DNA of 64,000 nt. Source: the human T2T-CHM13v2.0 reference genome, Homo sapiens. A model generated the notes under the pieces. It was not told the origin of the DNA. It saw only the letters and a list, made by a program, of their open reading frames with translations, and searched no databases. The stretch lies in the NCBI RefSeq assembly GCF_009914755.1, contig NC_060935.1. One strand, given 5' to 3'. Both the position numbers and the translations under genes were made by a program. Shown here in pieces: positions 35,710 to 58,427 of this stretch; the stretch's first letter is position 1; each line of letters starts with the position of its first letter.

Positions 35710-37149
35710 GAAGTCTAATATCAATATAATTTATCTGAACAAAATAAATCCAAAGCACTTATCATAGCAAAGAGACAGTATAGCATAGGTTTATGCAGAC
35801 ATTTTAGACATAGACAACCCTGGGTTCAAGCCTGGGCTTATCACTTCCTGGCCGCATGACTTTGGAAAATTATGTACTGAGTTTCCTTTTCTGAAAAATT
35901 GAGAGAATAATAGAATTCACCCCATGGGATGGTTAAATGGATTAAATAAAATATGTAAAGTACCTTGACTTAAAAGTTTCAAAAATGCTAGTTATTGTTA
36001 TTGTACAAAATACAGCGTCAGGCACACAGTGAGCATTCATTACGTGTTTGTTGCCCTACCTCCTCCTCACCACTCCTCAAGCCTCCCCAGGTTCATCTGC
36101 ACACATTTTTAGGTGCACAGGCCTTACTCTAGTTCATAAAGGAACTAGAGTAGAGCTCTCTAAATTCTAATTCCTCACAATGCTTTCAGCTCAGCCCTCT
36201 CCACAGCAATCTGTTCTCCCCCTTCATTCAACAAACCCAACAGATAATATAGGACATTGTATCATGTTGTTAGCAAGTACCAGCTCCTCTCCCTCGCTGG
36301 GAATGTAAGAGACAGAGGCTCTAGGCCACATGCTCACAGCATCAGCTGTGTTTCCATGACGACAAGCCCGGCACAACTAGATATTTCAGCAGAGAGGAGC
36401 TGTGACACCCAGCTCTCCGCAGAATGTAGCTGACTAGCTATTGTTATCTTCCTTGCACTGACCTAAGGACTAAAGCAGGCTGGATGTGGCTCTGAGGGGT
36501 GGGGAAGTTTGTGTTTGCAAGAGTAGGAGATTGAATTTGGGAATGCAGTTGGCTGTTCATTGTAGCAGTTAACTGTATTGGCTGTAATAAGTTAAGAGAA
36601 ACCTAAAAACAAAACAAAAATTCCATTCTAAGTGTCATAACAAAGGAAGGTACTTATTGCTATGTGAACAATAGGAGGATTTGGACCTAATTCTTCCTAA
36701 GGGAGTCATAGAAGACTTCATCTTTACAAAATCTTTGGTATTTTCTCTATTTTAAAGAGAAATATCCTATAAATGTGTTAATTAGGGTACTTTCAGCTCC
36801 AAGTAACACGAAACCTAACTAAAGCAGCTTAAATAATTAGGACAGTGAATATCTCATGCTCCAGAAAATCTGGAGGTGAGCCATTCTGGGGCTTGCTAAT
36901 TCAGTGGCTTAGGGATAGCAGCAGGACCCAAACATTTTCTATCTTTCTGCTCTTCTGTCCTTGTTATGTCTGCAGTGTCTTTCCTCATGATTAAGAGATG
37001 GTCAAAGCATTTCCAGGTGTTACAAGCAGACATTTCATCTCCAAAGAAGAAAGGCATCTGCTCCTGTGCATTGCTTTTTAGTAGTGAGGAAAACCTCTCC
37101 CAACTACCCACCTGCAGACTTTCTATCAGGTCCCACTGATCACAGTGAG

Positions 37150-38260
37150 GGCCCAGGGTAATGCCTTCATAGTGGATTCAGGATCAAGCATTTGTGTTTT
37201 CTTCTAAGGGAAATGGAGAGTCATTAGAGGATTTTCAACCAGGTGATAGAGTCAGACTTTTCTAGTGGTTGTTTGTCTGTTTTATAGAGACAATGTCTCA
37301 CTAGGTTGCCCTGGCTGGTCTCAAACTCCTGGGTTCAAACAATTCTGTTCTTGGCCTCCCAAAGTTCTGGGATTTACAGGTGTGAGCCACCTTACCCAAC
37401 TTAGATTTCTGTTTTTGATAGATCACTTAGAGAGTAATATGGAAGATGGACTAGAGGGAGGCAAAGATGAGAAGCAGGAAAACCTGTTAGCAAACTGTTG
37501 CAAAATCCATGTGAGAAATTATGAGACCTGAACCAAAGTAATGATGATGGGAATTTGGGGTAGGAATTAGAAAAGACAGAGCTAATCGGAGATGGTAAAT
37601 TTTCATTGGCAGTAGATGCAGAGATTGTCTACAAGTCTTGCCACCAACTGAACTGAAGAACATCACAGGATCGAATTTGAAGGAGCTGATGATTAGCTCA
37701 ATTGTGTAAATATTGAATTTGGAGACCATGGTGTTTCCAGGTGGTAGGACAAGATAAAGGCTGGAATCTTGGGAAAGGGATATGGAGCTGGGAGTTTTCT
37801 GCACGGCAGGGATTGGTTAAAGCCAAAGGAATGGATGAGGTCACCCAAAGCAAGAAGGGAAGAGTGCCAAGAAGAGAACCCTGGGTGCACAGCATTTAAG
37901 GAATGGGCTGTGGATGAGAATTCCGTGAAAAAGATGAACTCAGACGAATCAGAAAGATAGAAAGAGAACCAGGAGTGGGTGGTATTACAGAAGCTAAAGG
38001 ACAAAGATTTCCAAAGAGTGTTAAATACCACAGAAGGGCAAGGGAGGCAGGGATTGACTTCAGCTTTAATGACTTTGATGAGAACCATTGAAGTGAGCAG
38101 TAAAGGCAGCAGATGTAGACAACTCTTTCTAGAAGTCTGACTGTGATGGGGAGTAGAGAGATGATATGATAACCGGGGCGGGTGAGGGAGAATTTTATAA
38201 TGTAGAATGAAGCTTGGACATGTTTGCAGGCTGAAGGAAGGAGCCCAGGGCCTGGGAGAT
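37150..38260 (-). mobile_element. L2 remnant (with FLAM-like monomer ~37280-37400)
   Basis: Purine-rich antisense L2 motifs; minus translation DLIHSFGFN resembles L2 RT. Confidence 0.6.
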
Positions 38261-38935
38261 GTCATAGTCCTGCCTGACTTATAGACATAGGCCAGTTTTG
38301 AAGCAAAACCCCAGAAGTTGAGTTCTCTCCTCCCTGTGCGCTACTCCAGAGGATCCCTTGAGCTGGCTCCTCAACAGGGGGTCACCAGGTGTCCCTCAGC
38401 CTCTGCTGCTATGATGACACATTCACCCACATGCCCTTATTATTCTTAGAAAATATAAGGGAATCAATCCTAGTCTCCATTTAGTACTGGCTTTCTGGAA
38501 ATTATGCAAAATACTGGCTGTCTCCCAGATCACTTATTAGTGCCTTGGGGTGGTAATTTCATGGAAATGACTTTGAGGCACAGTTAAGCTGTCTAGCAGA
38601 CAGCCATTTACATTCCAGGGGTCTGTCTTCTATAACTTCCCTATCCCCTTTGGGGCTGGTCCCACTGTCCCCAGGCCAGGCTCTCAGGGAGCTGTACCCT
38701 CACCTTCTCTACTTCCTTCAGACTCAGAGCTTCCTTTGCCCAGCCAGTCACTCACTGTCCATCTCTTGGTGGCATAATTGTAACCAGAAGCAAATAGTAG
38801 AGTATGGACCTCGGTAAGATCAGGGATGTGTAACTCGAAGGAGATCCAGGAAAAGCTGTCAACACGGCACAGATACCAACATGCAGCCCTGGGACAGGCA
38901 GCCCTTACCCACAGAGCCCTGGTAGGACACATATT

Positions 38936-39616
<681 letters not shown>

Positions 39617-39764
39617 GCGATATATGTTTTCTAAGGGAAATCTTCTTTACAGAAACTGCCTGCCTCACCCCCAAAGTTTACTCCCAGAAGCCATGTTTCT
39701 GCTGCATCTTCCTATTCCTTATCCCCATCTTGGGCTATGAGGTCCAGGGTAGACATTCTGTGGC

Positions 39765-41290
<1,526 letters not shown>

Positions 41291-41576
41291 AAACTTAAAT
41301 TCAGTATAAATCTGACCCTCATCACATACACACCTACTCCTCATCCCAGGCTTAGGTTTCACCCTGATTGCTTAGAGCAGAAGTAGAGGAATAAAATGTA
41401 GCAGTAAGCCATCCCCTCTCCTTAATAGGGGGAAGTCTTCTGCCTCACAATTACGTTTCCTTTCAAATAAGAGAGCTCAATTATTGTGACACTCTCCATT
41501 AATTTACCCTGTCCACGAAAAGTAGAGTATTTACTTGATTCAAAAATGTGGGAGTAGGCTGGGCATGGTTGATTCA

Positions 41577-41933
<357 letters not shown>

Positions 41934-42461
41934 CTAGAGCCTGCCTGCAGGGAGAAGGAGTTCTCTTCTGCTCCTTAAGTCTCATCTGGGCAGGGCCCCA
42001 TGTCTGGATGCTGCTGGGGACCATGCTACTTCCACTGGATGGTGAGTCTGCCTAATTCAGGGGTTCATTAGCTCGCTTATTTGGCTCCCCTCTAAACTAT
42101 ATGCGTCAATTTGGCCTTTATTACCAAAAAGGTGAGTTTTTGTCACCATCTATCTATCTGATTTTGTCACCATCTCTATCTGGTTTCTCAATTTGTTTAG
42201 AACACTCTGATTGGGCCACATCAGAGACTCTAACACCCTCTTTCCTGCCTTAAAGGAAAAGAACAATTCCTAGTTTCTCTAGTATATGGGGGTGGGGAAG
42301 AAGAAAAGGGCCATCTCCCTCAAATTTTCTTCTCTCTTGCTCAGTTAGACCCTGGAGATAGTTCAGTAATCTACTGCCTAAGCAGATGTCCACATGGGAA
42401 ATAGAATTGCAGTCTCATCTTCTTGCAGGCAACTCTAATCCCTACAAATGCTTCCTTTGGG

Positions 42462-42585
42462 GCCCAGTGTGGTGGCTCACACCTGTTAATCCAGGTGGTT
42501 TGGGAGGCTGAGATGGGAGAATTACTTGAGGCCAGGAGTTCAACACCAGCCTGGTCCAACATAGTGAGAACCTGTCTCTACAAAA

Positions 42586-42628
<43 letters not shown>

Positions 42629-43097
42629 GTAATCAGCCAAGCATTGCGGCATATGCCTATAGTCCTAGCCACTTGAGAGACAGGTGGGAGAATTGCCAGA
42701 GCCCGGGAGTTTGAGGTTATTATGATCACACCACTGCGCTTCAGCCTGGACAACAGAGAGAGATCCTGTCTCTTAAAAAACAAAAAAATACGACTGGACG
42801 TGGTGGCTCACGCCTGTAATCCCAGCACTTTGGGAGGCCAAGGCGGGTGGATCATGAGGTCAGGAGTTTGAGACCAGCCTGACCAACATGGTGAAACCCT
42901 GTCTCTATTCAAAATACAAAAATTAGCTGGGCGTGGTGGCATGCACCTGTAACCCCAGCTACTCAGGAGGCTGAGGCAGGAGAATCACTTGAACCCAGGA
43001 GGCGGATGTTACAGTGAGCCAAGATCACACCACTGCACTCCAGCCTGGGTGACAGAGCGAGACTCCATCTCAAAAAATAAATAAATAAATAAATAAT
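42462..43097 (+). mobile_element. AluJ with (AAAT)n linker (42462-42790) and AluS (42795-43097)
   Basis: Alu consensus; (AAAT)n at 42584-42628. Confidence 0.88.
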
Positions 43098-43509
43098 ACT
43101 AGTAATAGCAATTCCTTTGGAGCCCCCTCCCTCCTTTCCCTATACAAGGCTTCAGTTAGAGAAGAAAACACCCGCTTACCATGAACAAACGCTGCAGTCT
43201 CCACAAGTCCAACTACCCTCAAGAAGTCGCCCCTGCCTTCCCTTTTCTATATCTTAATATAATTCAGAAGGTGGGGGGTGACAGTGGAGGGGTGGTGGTT
43301 GATGGCAGCAGAACCCATTGTACATCCTGTTTGTAAGCCCAGGGGAAGATTAAAGGGTAGAAGGGTTCTACACTTCAAGTGTAAGCTGTTCTCTTTAGAA
43401 GGTGAGATATTTTGTTTTTGTTTTTGTTTTTTTTGGCCATGGGCTTTAGTGTCAATTGTAGGGCAACAGGAAAAGAGCCACCAACATCCTGTTAAAAAGT
43501 AACGCCCCA

Positions 43510-44337
<828 letters not shown>

Positions 44338-44746
44338 TCAATAAAAAATATCCTAGGCATCCATAAGATTTTTGTTATCAGAGAATGGAGATAAAAATAT
44401 GGAAAGGAAGATAACGAGGATGAACCTTCTGGAGTTGGATTCCAAATTGAGTATTGGTGGAAACATTTTCTTCAATATATATGGATAGATTTGGAAATAA
44501 ATATACATATATGCACTTGAATCTCTCAAGTCGCCTGCTTGGCCCTCTTCCAAGTGTGCTAAATAAAAAGAAATATACATATAAATATCTATATGTGAGA
44601 GTATATACACACAACACACACACTCCACATGGATATACATAGATATATTTCCTAGCTTTGCCCATTCTTAGAGTCCAGAAACAGTGATATCACAAACACA
44701 GTGAGCATACCTAGCACTCAGTTCTTGATTTTTAAAAACAATCCTT

Positions 44747-45103
44747 CAGCCGGGCGCTGTAATCCCAGCATTTTGGGAGGCTGAGGCATACGGATCACTT
44801 GAGCCCAGGAGTTCAAGAGCAGCCTGGGTAACATGGTGAAACCCTGTCTCTAAAAAAAAAAATATATATATATATATAAACACACACACAACATGTGTAT
44901 ATATATATATATACGCAATATATAGTGTATATATATAAACTATATATTGTGTATATATATATATACACATATACACTATATATGTGTGTGTATATATAGT
45001 ATATATAGTGTATATATAGTTGTATATATAGTGTATATATATGTGTGTATATATATATATAAGTATATATATGTGTGATATATATACACACACACATACA
45101 TAT

Positions 45104-45144
<41 letters not shown>

Positions 45145-45320
45145 TAGCTGGGCTTGGTGGCTCATGCCTATAGTCCCAGCTACCTGAGAGGCTGAGGTGG
45201 GAGAATCACTTGAGCCCGGGAGGCAGGCAGAGGTTGCAGTGAGCCAAGATCACACCACTGCACTCTGGCCTGGGTTGACAGAGCCAGACCCCATCTCGAT
45301 AAATAAATAAATAAATAAAA
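44747..45320 (+). mobile_element. AluJ whose middle linker is expanded into a ~280-bp TA/TG/CA microsatellite (44862-45141)
   Basis: Left arm to 44862, right arm from 45142. Confidence 0.88.
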
Positions 45321-45583
45321 ATATAAATAAATAATAAAAACATCCTTCACTAAAAGGAACCAGGGCTCCTTAGAGAAATGGCTGATTCCAGGGCTCAATC
45401 ACAGAAAGTGCAAGATGAGTCTGGTTTAACATCTTTTTGTGCCAGAATGTAAAGAAATGCCAAAAAGTTGATGGGGACATGTCAAAAGGACATAGAAGCC
45501 AGCTTGCAGAGATGTTCACTGGCCAAATCCAGAATGATTTGCATATCAAAATTAATAATGATAATAATGGATTATAATCCACT

Positions 45584-46917
<1,334 letters not shown>

Positions 46918-49408
46918 CCACTGAATAAAATAGGACCATGAGCACATAGTGATATAACTAGATAAATAAGTTAAAGTTTGATGAAGAACAGTATATTTGC
47001 ATGGTTTCAAAACATCTACCCACATTTCTTCTAATTAGGGAGAGCAAAAACAAAAACAACATATTCTGCCCACAAAATGCTTATTACAAAGGGAAAGAGT
47101 ATGTTTTCAGGGAAGAAAGCTGGAAGACACCACCTTCATCAAATTATCAAAGTGAACATCATTAGTAATGGGACAAACGGAAACAATATACCCCCTGGTA
47201 AGATGCAATAAGAGCATAATATTATTCCTGTGATATGTAACCTGAATCTAATCACTGAGAAAACATCAGACATAACTAATTTCAGGGACACTCTACAAAA
47301 TAACTAGAACTGTAATCTTCAAATATGTTAAGTTTATGAATGTGAAGAAAAGACTGAAGTACTGTGTCTGATTAAAAAGGAGAATAAAGAGACATGACAA
47401 CCAAATGCAACGTGTAATGCTAAACGGCTCCTTTGCTGAAAAAGATCTTGGAATAACTGATGAAATTTGCATGGGGTCTGAAAATTGGATGGTTGTAATG
47501 TGTTAATATCAATTTCCTGATTTTGATGGCTGTATTGTGGCTATATAGGAGAATGTCCTTGTGTTTAGGAAATATACACTGAAGTACTCAGTGGTGATGG
47601 GTTATCATGTCAGTGACTTACTCTCAAATAGGGGGAAGAAAATTCTTTGTACTAATCTTGCAACTTTTCCTGGGTTTGAGACTGTTTTGAAAAATTAATG
47701 TTCTGGGGGAAGACAAGAGAATGCACTGGAAGGCTGATTGCAATCATGTTTGGGCAGGATTTGTTGCCCAGAGGGCTTCTTTGTACCTTGCTAAGGCAGA
47801 GGGCTGGCTTTTTCCCTGGACACTTCACTCTTGCTTTCCAAGGCATCTGGTGCCACTAATTCCTGAATCTTTCTAGGGTACTGCAGGGACACTGATTTGC
47901 TTCTTGTCAGTGTCTCCTTTGCAAGTACCCTCTGCCCTCGTTTGGTTTTCCCTGAAAGTAAAGTCTGAGATAAGAACTTGGGTGGAGGTAGATTATTTGA
48001 GAGATGATCCCAGGAAGCAAGTATGAAGAAGTAGAGAAAAGCTAATCAAAGGAAGAAGGAAAAGCCAATAGAAGGGTACATTATTAAGGTCATCTTTGAG
48101 GAAGCTGGGGGCTGAGAAAGGTAGAGAGTGCCTCTCCCAACTGTCTGCCCAAGGCACTGGACATTGAAGCATTCATCCTTTCTTTCTGTGGGCCCCCCTT
48201 TTGTTGAGGACTGCCCCCCACTGGCATTAATTTGGGGAGTCCCACTCCCCAAGTGCTTTTTTTCCTGCACATGAGCCAAGCAGCTTTCATAATATCGAAG
48301 AAACTTCAGGGCAAAGAGAAAAAATTCGGGTTTCATGTATGAGGCACAACGCTATCAGCACAGGTGAGTTTGAGCTGTGGCTGAAGTCACAGGCAGGCTG
48401 AGAAGATATGAATGAGGTACCAGGCAAATCTACTGTAGCAGCTTTGCCTTCCTCCAATTTCTTAAGACAATTTCTCCACCTGCTTTCTCTATTTCAGATT
48501 TCTCCCTCTGTTGCCAAGGATGGAGTTTGTGTTTTTGTTTGCTAGTCTCGTTGTTGGCAATGGGCTGATGTCTGAGTAAAGTACAGGGAAAGGACTTTGA
48601 TTTTGCTATCTTGTCATTAGAAGTCAACCAATTGATAACTAATATAACACTTGCTTTTAATGTATCCAATATGTGATTACACTACTGTGAGTGATTCCCA
48701 AACCCTGTCCCCACCTTTTGTAGTTGTCTCATTTTTCAGGATTTCTTTGGCATTGCTGGTTAGTGAAGTGAGATTTGCTCATCCTAGGCAAACCACAGGT
48801 TGGACTGCTCCCATCCAAGAGGGAATGCAATTCATGCTCCACAGTTTTCACAGAAGCTTATCAGCTTGAGTATCTATTGGTCTTATACAGTTTTTTCTCT
48901 TTCTCTCCCTCTTTCTAGCACCTATTGGTCTTATGGTTGTTGTTTTTTTTCTCTCTCTCTCTCTTTTTCAGATGGGGTCTCACTATGTTGGCCAGACTGG
49001 TGTTGAACTCCTGGCCTCAAGTGATTGTCCCACCTCAGCATCTCAAAGAGCTGGGATTACGAATGTGGGCCACTTCACCTGGCCCTTGTCTTATAGTTAA
49101 AGCCTATCTGTGGTCACCAAATAGATGCCAGAAGCCCTTGTCAAGAAGCAAAACTCAGACTTAAAGTGTAAACTACCTTCTTATAAGAAGCACAGTTGAA
49201 ATTTAAAAGTCCAGTTAGAAAGGGACTGAGAAGGGAATATGCCACTTTCAGACAAGATCAGATTCTCTCTTATGCACTGTATTCTTTTAGCACTTTATAC
49301 TATTATAATTAAATAATTAATTGTGAAATCAATTGTTTAATGTCTAGCCCTCCTCCACTACAAGATAAGTTCCATGGGAGTAGATATGTGTTATTTAAAA
49401 TATCTTCT

Positions 49409-49700
49409 GGCCGGGCATGGTGGCTCACACCTATAATCTCAGCACTTTGGGAGGCCTAGGAGGGTGGATCATCTGAACTCAGGAGTTCGAGACCAGCCTG
49501 GGCAACATGGTGAAACCCCGTCTCTACCAAAAATACAAAAAATTAGCCAGACATAGTGGCATGTGCCTGTAGTCCCAGCTACTCGGGAGGCTGAGGTAGG
49601 AGGATCACTTGAGCCTGCAGTGAGCCAAGACTGTGCCACTGCACTTCAGCCTGGATGACAGAGTGAGACCCTGTCTTTAAAAATAAATAAATAAATAAAA
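49409..49700 (+). mobile_element. Alu (J/S) with internal deletion
   Basis: Alu consensus. Confidence 0.87.
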
Positions 49701-49828
49701 TTCATGCAGTGTATGTTTTTGCATACAAGTGACAGAACCTCCAACTGAAATTTGCTTTAAAATTAGAAAATATGTTATTGTACATAAGAAGTTTAGAGGT
49801 AGGGTAGGTTCCCAGGTTGGTTGATTCA

Positions 49829-50411
<583 letters not shown>

Positions 50412-50495
50412 AATACGGGTTCTTTCCACCTCCCTACATGCCATCTTTGGTGTTGACTTCACCCTCAAGCTGCAAGATGGCTATAAGAGTTCCAG

Positions 50496-50685
50496 TCATC
50501 ATACAAAATCAAGGCATAAACTTCGGAGGAAGAAGAGAGAACACCTCTCCTCGCTCTTTTTTTGAAACAAAGAAACTTTTCTTGGAATCCTCATCATACA
50601 AAATCAAGGCATAAACTTTGGAGGAAGAAGAGAGAACACCTCTCCTGGCTCTTTTTTTGAAACAAAGAAACTTTTCTTGGAATCC
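50496..50685. repeat. 95-bp tandem duplication (2 copies)
   Basis: 50496-50590 vs 50591-50685 differ at two positions by eye. Confidence 0.93.
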
Positions 50686-52238
50686 TCTTACATAGTTCTC
50701 AACACCCATTGGTCAGAATTGAGTCATATGCATATTCCTAGACTAATCTGGGCAAGGGGATAAGATTGCCTTTAGACCAATCAGTCAGGCCTAGCTCTTG
50801 GAATTGGGCCTGGAGTCTTCTTCCCTTGATACTCATGGCTACATGAGAGAGAAATGGATAGCTGAACAAAATCAAGATTCTGTTAAAATGGAAGCTGGAG
50901 GCAACACAGAGTGTCCACTAACTCTCCGCACAGCACACGGCTATTCAAATCTGCTAGCCCGGGCTGGACGACAATCTCTATGAAAGCCACTGGCTGTCCT
51001 CACTACCCTCCATTCCGATGTGGACACCTCCCCAAAACATTTCCCCTCTTTCTTTCTTGTTACCCAGCTCCCCGTCGAGTTCTGGAATTAGCCACTCCCA
51101 GGCACGGCTGTGTTTTACCTTGAGGTTTTTGCTACATTACCACTGAAGACGCTGTTTATGCTCTTGTTCAATATCCTTTATATAAGAATGTGTGATGAAT
51201 GTCTCTTTCAATTACATGTTTGTATCTATAGACAAATATCCTCTCACCAAATGAGGACAATTACACAATCCATAATCATTCTTCCTTGCAACAGTGAACT
51301 TAGAGCTATCTATAGTGCTCAATAGCTGTCATGATCTCATCCCAGGCTCTTGGTACCATTACGTTTCTCCTTTCTCTAATATTGTGTCAAATATCTGGTT
51401 GTTGTTTTTTCTTCATGTAATAAGTTGATGTTGGGAAAGACTGGACCCCAGGATTTTGAGCTGCTAATGGGGAGAGACCAACAATACAAGAAACTAGACT
51501 TAGTTTGGCACAATTCCCCCATGGGCCAGAAATTGATTTCCCAGATTATATATCTTAATTTGAGTTTAATTTGATATCTAAAAGCTGACTGACCAGACAT
51601 TGGAAAGGTATTTATATCAGATTATTGCAATTGTCTTTTGAGGACTGTAAGGCCAAAATATACTCTGGTGGTCTTTTAGGAAATACGTTCTGAAGGGAAT
51701 GGTTATTACCATAGTTATTCATCCTGGCTAGAGTTCAATCCGGTGGCTAGAAATGAGGTCTGGGGAGCCACCCCGTAGAATGGGGTAAGGCAAGACTTCC
51801 TCCTTTCTCTGATGCCTAGGGCCAGTTTGGCCTGGACTCTAAGATCAGAATATTCCGGGAGAACTCCTGGTGGTCATAAATACTGACTCCTGCTGTCATG
51901 AGCCCAGGCCTGGAACATAGCAGGAAGATGGATAGTGGGGGTCCCAAGGAAGGATCTGAGTTTTTGCAGTCATTGGAAATTCTCATCTTTTGTTAATGTG
52001 CCTTTCCTTTTTCTTGAATCATCAGTCACTTCCCTTGAAATATTATGGGCTGGTCTCTGCTAGGATATGTGAAATTGAAGGGAAGGTCTTGTCTCACACA
52101 TCGGCCATAGAAACCAAGTTCTGTCTACTTGAACCCCAAACGGTGTCGGCAGTAGTTGTCAGCAGAGGATAGCCGGGTCTGTGGAGCAGAGACCTCAGGG
52201 GTCACTGTGGCAGAGGTAGCAGTGTCGATACATGGTGA

Positions 52239-53358
<1,120 letters not shown>

Positions 53359-53576
53359 TAAATAGGTAACATATTCACATGGTCCTAAATGAAAAAGTAC
53401 AAAAAGCATATACCCCAGACATCCAGTCACCCAGTCCCTTCCCCTTCTCACCCCTGCTACTAGTTTCCTTTGAATTCTTGCAGGGAAACTTATGAATATA
53501 CAAACCAGTATATATATTTATATAAATATATGTTTATTTAAAAGATATTTATCAAAATATACTTATATTTATATTT

Positions 53577-55790
<2,214 letters not shown>

Positions 55791-56015
55791 TGTAGAGATG
55801 GAGTTTTGGAGTTTTGCCATGTTGCCCAAGCGAGCCACCCGCCTTGGCCTCTCAAAGTGCTGGGATTGCATGTGTAAGCCACCACACCCAGACTGGGACA
55901 TTATATATTTTTAAATATTTTCCTTTTATGAACAATGCGTATTTAATTTCCCATGTGGGTAAATATATCTACTGGAGAAATTCCTACAGGTAGACTTGCT
56001 GGGTCAAAGGGTATG

Positions 56016-57087
56016 TGTTGCGGGAAGTCAGGGACCCCAAATGGAGGGACTGGCTAAAGCCATGGCAGAAGAACGTGGATTCTGAAGATTTCATGGACAT
56101 TTATTAGTTCCCCAAATTAATACTTTTATAATTTCTTATGCCTGTCTTTACTTCAATCTCTAAACATAAATTGTAAAGATTTCATGGACACTTATCACTT
56201 CCCCAATCAATACCCTTGTGATTTCCTATGCCTGTCTTTACTTTAATCTCTTAATCCTGTCAGCCGAGGAGGATGTATGTCACCTCAGGACCACGTGATA
56301 ATTGCATTAACTGCACAAATTGTAGAGCATGTGTGTTTAAACAATATGAAATGTGGGCACCTTGAAAAAAGAACAGGATAACAGCAATTGTTCAGGGAAT
56401 AAGAGAGATAACCTTAAACTCTGACCACTGGTGAGCCAGGCAGAACAGAGCCATATTTCTCTTCTTTCAAAAGCAAATGGGAGAAATATCACTAAATTCT
56501 TTTTCTCAGCATGGAACATCCCTGGGAAAGAGGATACGCGCCTGGAGGTATAGGCTTATAAACAGCCCCCTCAGGTGCACCTGCCTCTTATGGTTGAGGC
56601 TGCAGGGGTGAAATAGACCACAGTCTCCCATAGCGCTCCCAGGCTTATTAGGAAGAGGAAATTCCCGCCTAATAAATTTTGGTCAGACCAGTTGATCTCA
56701 AAAACCTGTCTCCTGATAAGATGTTATCAATGACAATGGTGCCTTAAACTTCATTAGCAATTTTAATTTCGCCTCGGTCCTGTGGTCCTGTGATCTCGCC
56801 CTGCCTCCACTTGCCTTGTGATATTCTATTACCCTGTTAAGTACTTGATGTCTGTCACCCACAACCTATTCGCACACTCCCTCCCCTTTTGAAAATCTCT
56901 AATAACAACTTGCTGGTTTTTGCGGCTTGTGGGGCATCACGGAACCTACCAACATGTGATATCTCCCCTGGATGCCCAGCTTTAAAATTTTTCTCTTTTG
57001 TACTCTGTCCCTTTATTTCTCAAGCTGGCCAATGCTTAGCAAAAATAGAAAAGAACCTACGTGAATATCGGGGCAGGTTCCCTGATA
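56016..57087 (+). mobile_element. MER11 (HERV-K11/HML-8) solo LTR, 1072 bp
   Basis: tgttgcgggaagtcagggacccc start; internal repeated gatttcatggaca...tatgcctgtctttact; perfect 6-bp TSD ggtatg (56010-56015; 57088-57093). Confidence 0.93.
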
Positions 57088-57604
57088 GGTATGAGCATCT
57101 GTAATTTGGGTATATCTTGCTATATTGAGGAGGGACCTGTTCTTGAATACATATGGAATAGCACCCTGAAACAGTTTCAGAAATAGCTGGGAGAATCCAT
57201 GAGGACAACTTTTTTCTGGGAATTAATTGGTGGAACTTAGTGGTTTGGGCATAATAATTCGGGTTACATTTAGATCTCCTGAGTGATGGTTATTTATTAT
57301 AAGACTTCTCATGACAGACACTCCCAATTGTCTCCCTAAATCCATTCACCTCTTCTTTCATAGTAATAGAGGTTAAGTTGGGCAAATGGCCATTCATTTC
57401 CTGGTCAGTTTGCAGCTAGATGTGACCTTGGAATTAATGTATGACCAATGGACTATGAGTGGAAGTGGAGGATGCAACTTTCCCTCACTTTTTTTTTTGT
57501 TTATTGTTTTTTTTTTTAAATCACTCACCCTGGACTTCTACTCTCTACCCTTCTTACAAGCTGAAATGTGTTTGGGTCTATGACCCATCTTTGACCATGC
57601 AGAT

Positions 57605-58037
57605 TTTGATGGTTAATACTGAGTGTCAACTTGATTGGATTGAAGGATGCAAAGTATTGATCCTGGGTATGTCTGTGAGGGTGTTGCCAAAGGATATTAA
57701 CATTCGAGTCAGTGGGCTGGGAAAGGCAGATCCACCCTTAATCTGGTGGGCACCATTTAATCAGCTGCCAGCAAATATAAAGCAGGCAGAAAAACGTGAA
57801 AAGGCGAGACTGGCCTAGCCTCCCAGACTACATATTTCTTCCATGCTGGATTCTTCCTGCCCTTGAACATCAGACTCCAAGATCTTCAGTTTTGAGACTC
57901 GGACTGGCTCTCCTTGCTCCTCAAGCTTGCAGACAGCCTATTGTGGGAACTTGTGATTGTGTAGATTAATACTTAATAAATTCATATATATATATATATA
58001 TCCTACTAGTTCTGTCCCTTTAGAGAACCCTAATACA
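57605..58037 (+). mobile_element. MLT2A (HERV-L) solo LTR nested in an older LTR16-like element (~57315-58250)
   Basis: tgatggttaatactgagtgtcaacttgattggattgaaggatgcaaag; perfect TSD cagat (57600-57604; 58038-58042). Confidence 0.9.
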
Positions 58038-58427
58038 CAGATGAAGACAATGGCATTGAGGATGACAAAACAGTAAGATGGAAGGAACTTGGGATCCTTA
58101 ATGACTGTGTGGGTCAGAGAGGCTTTTCCGTTCTGGCCTGCTTACCTTGGGGTGCTTTTGTTAGAGAGAAATAAACTTGCATTTTCTTAAGTCATTGTAT
58201 TCTGGAACCTTTTTAAAGGTGCTAAAAGCAACTTAGCCTTTACCCTAACATCCATTCAATATTTTTTTGGAAATAGGCTATCTCTTAGAGCACTACCCTC
58301 AGTGTTTGAGCAAAATAATTTACATATGCATATATTTTCTGTCTATTTAAACAGGAATTTAAGGGGGCTAAGCACTGCTCTGCCACAGAACAGGCAAGTC
58401 ATTCCTTCCTTTCACAATATGTGTTGA

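Noticed and set aside
37693-38265. 190-aa minus-strand ORF
   Set aside because: Lies in a decayed L2; non-ATG start and mosaic of frames
44746-45165. 139-aa and 108-aa Y/I/C/V-rich ORFs
   Set aside because: Translations of a dinucleotide microsatellite
56070-56250. Two ~90-bp direct repeats, superficially array-like
   Set aside because: Intrinsic internal repeat of the MER11 LTR; no repeat-spacer structure
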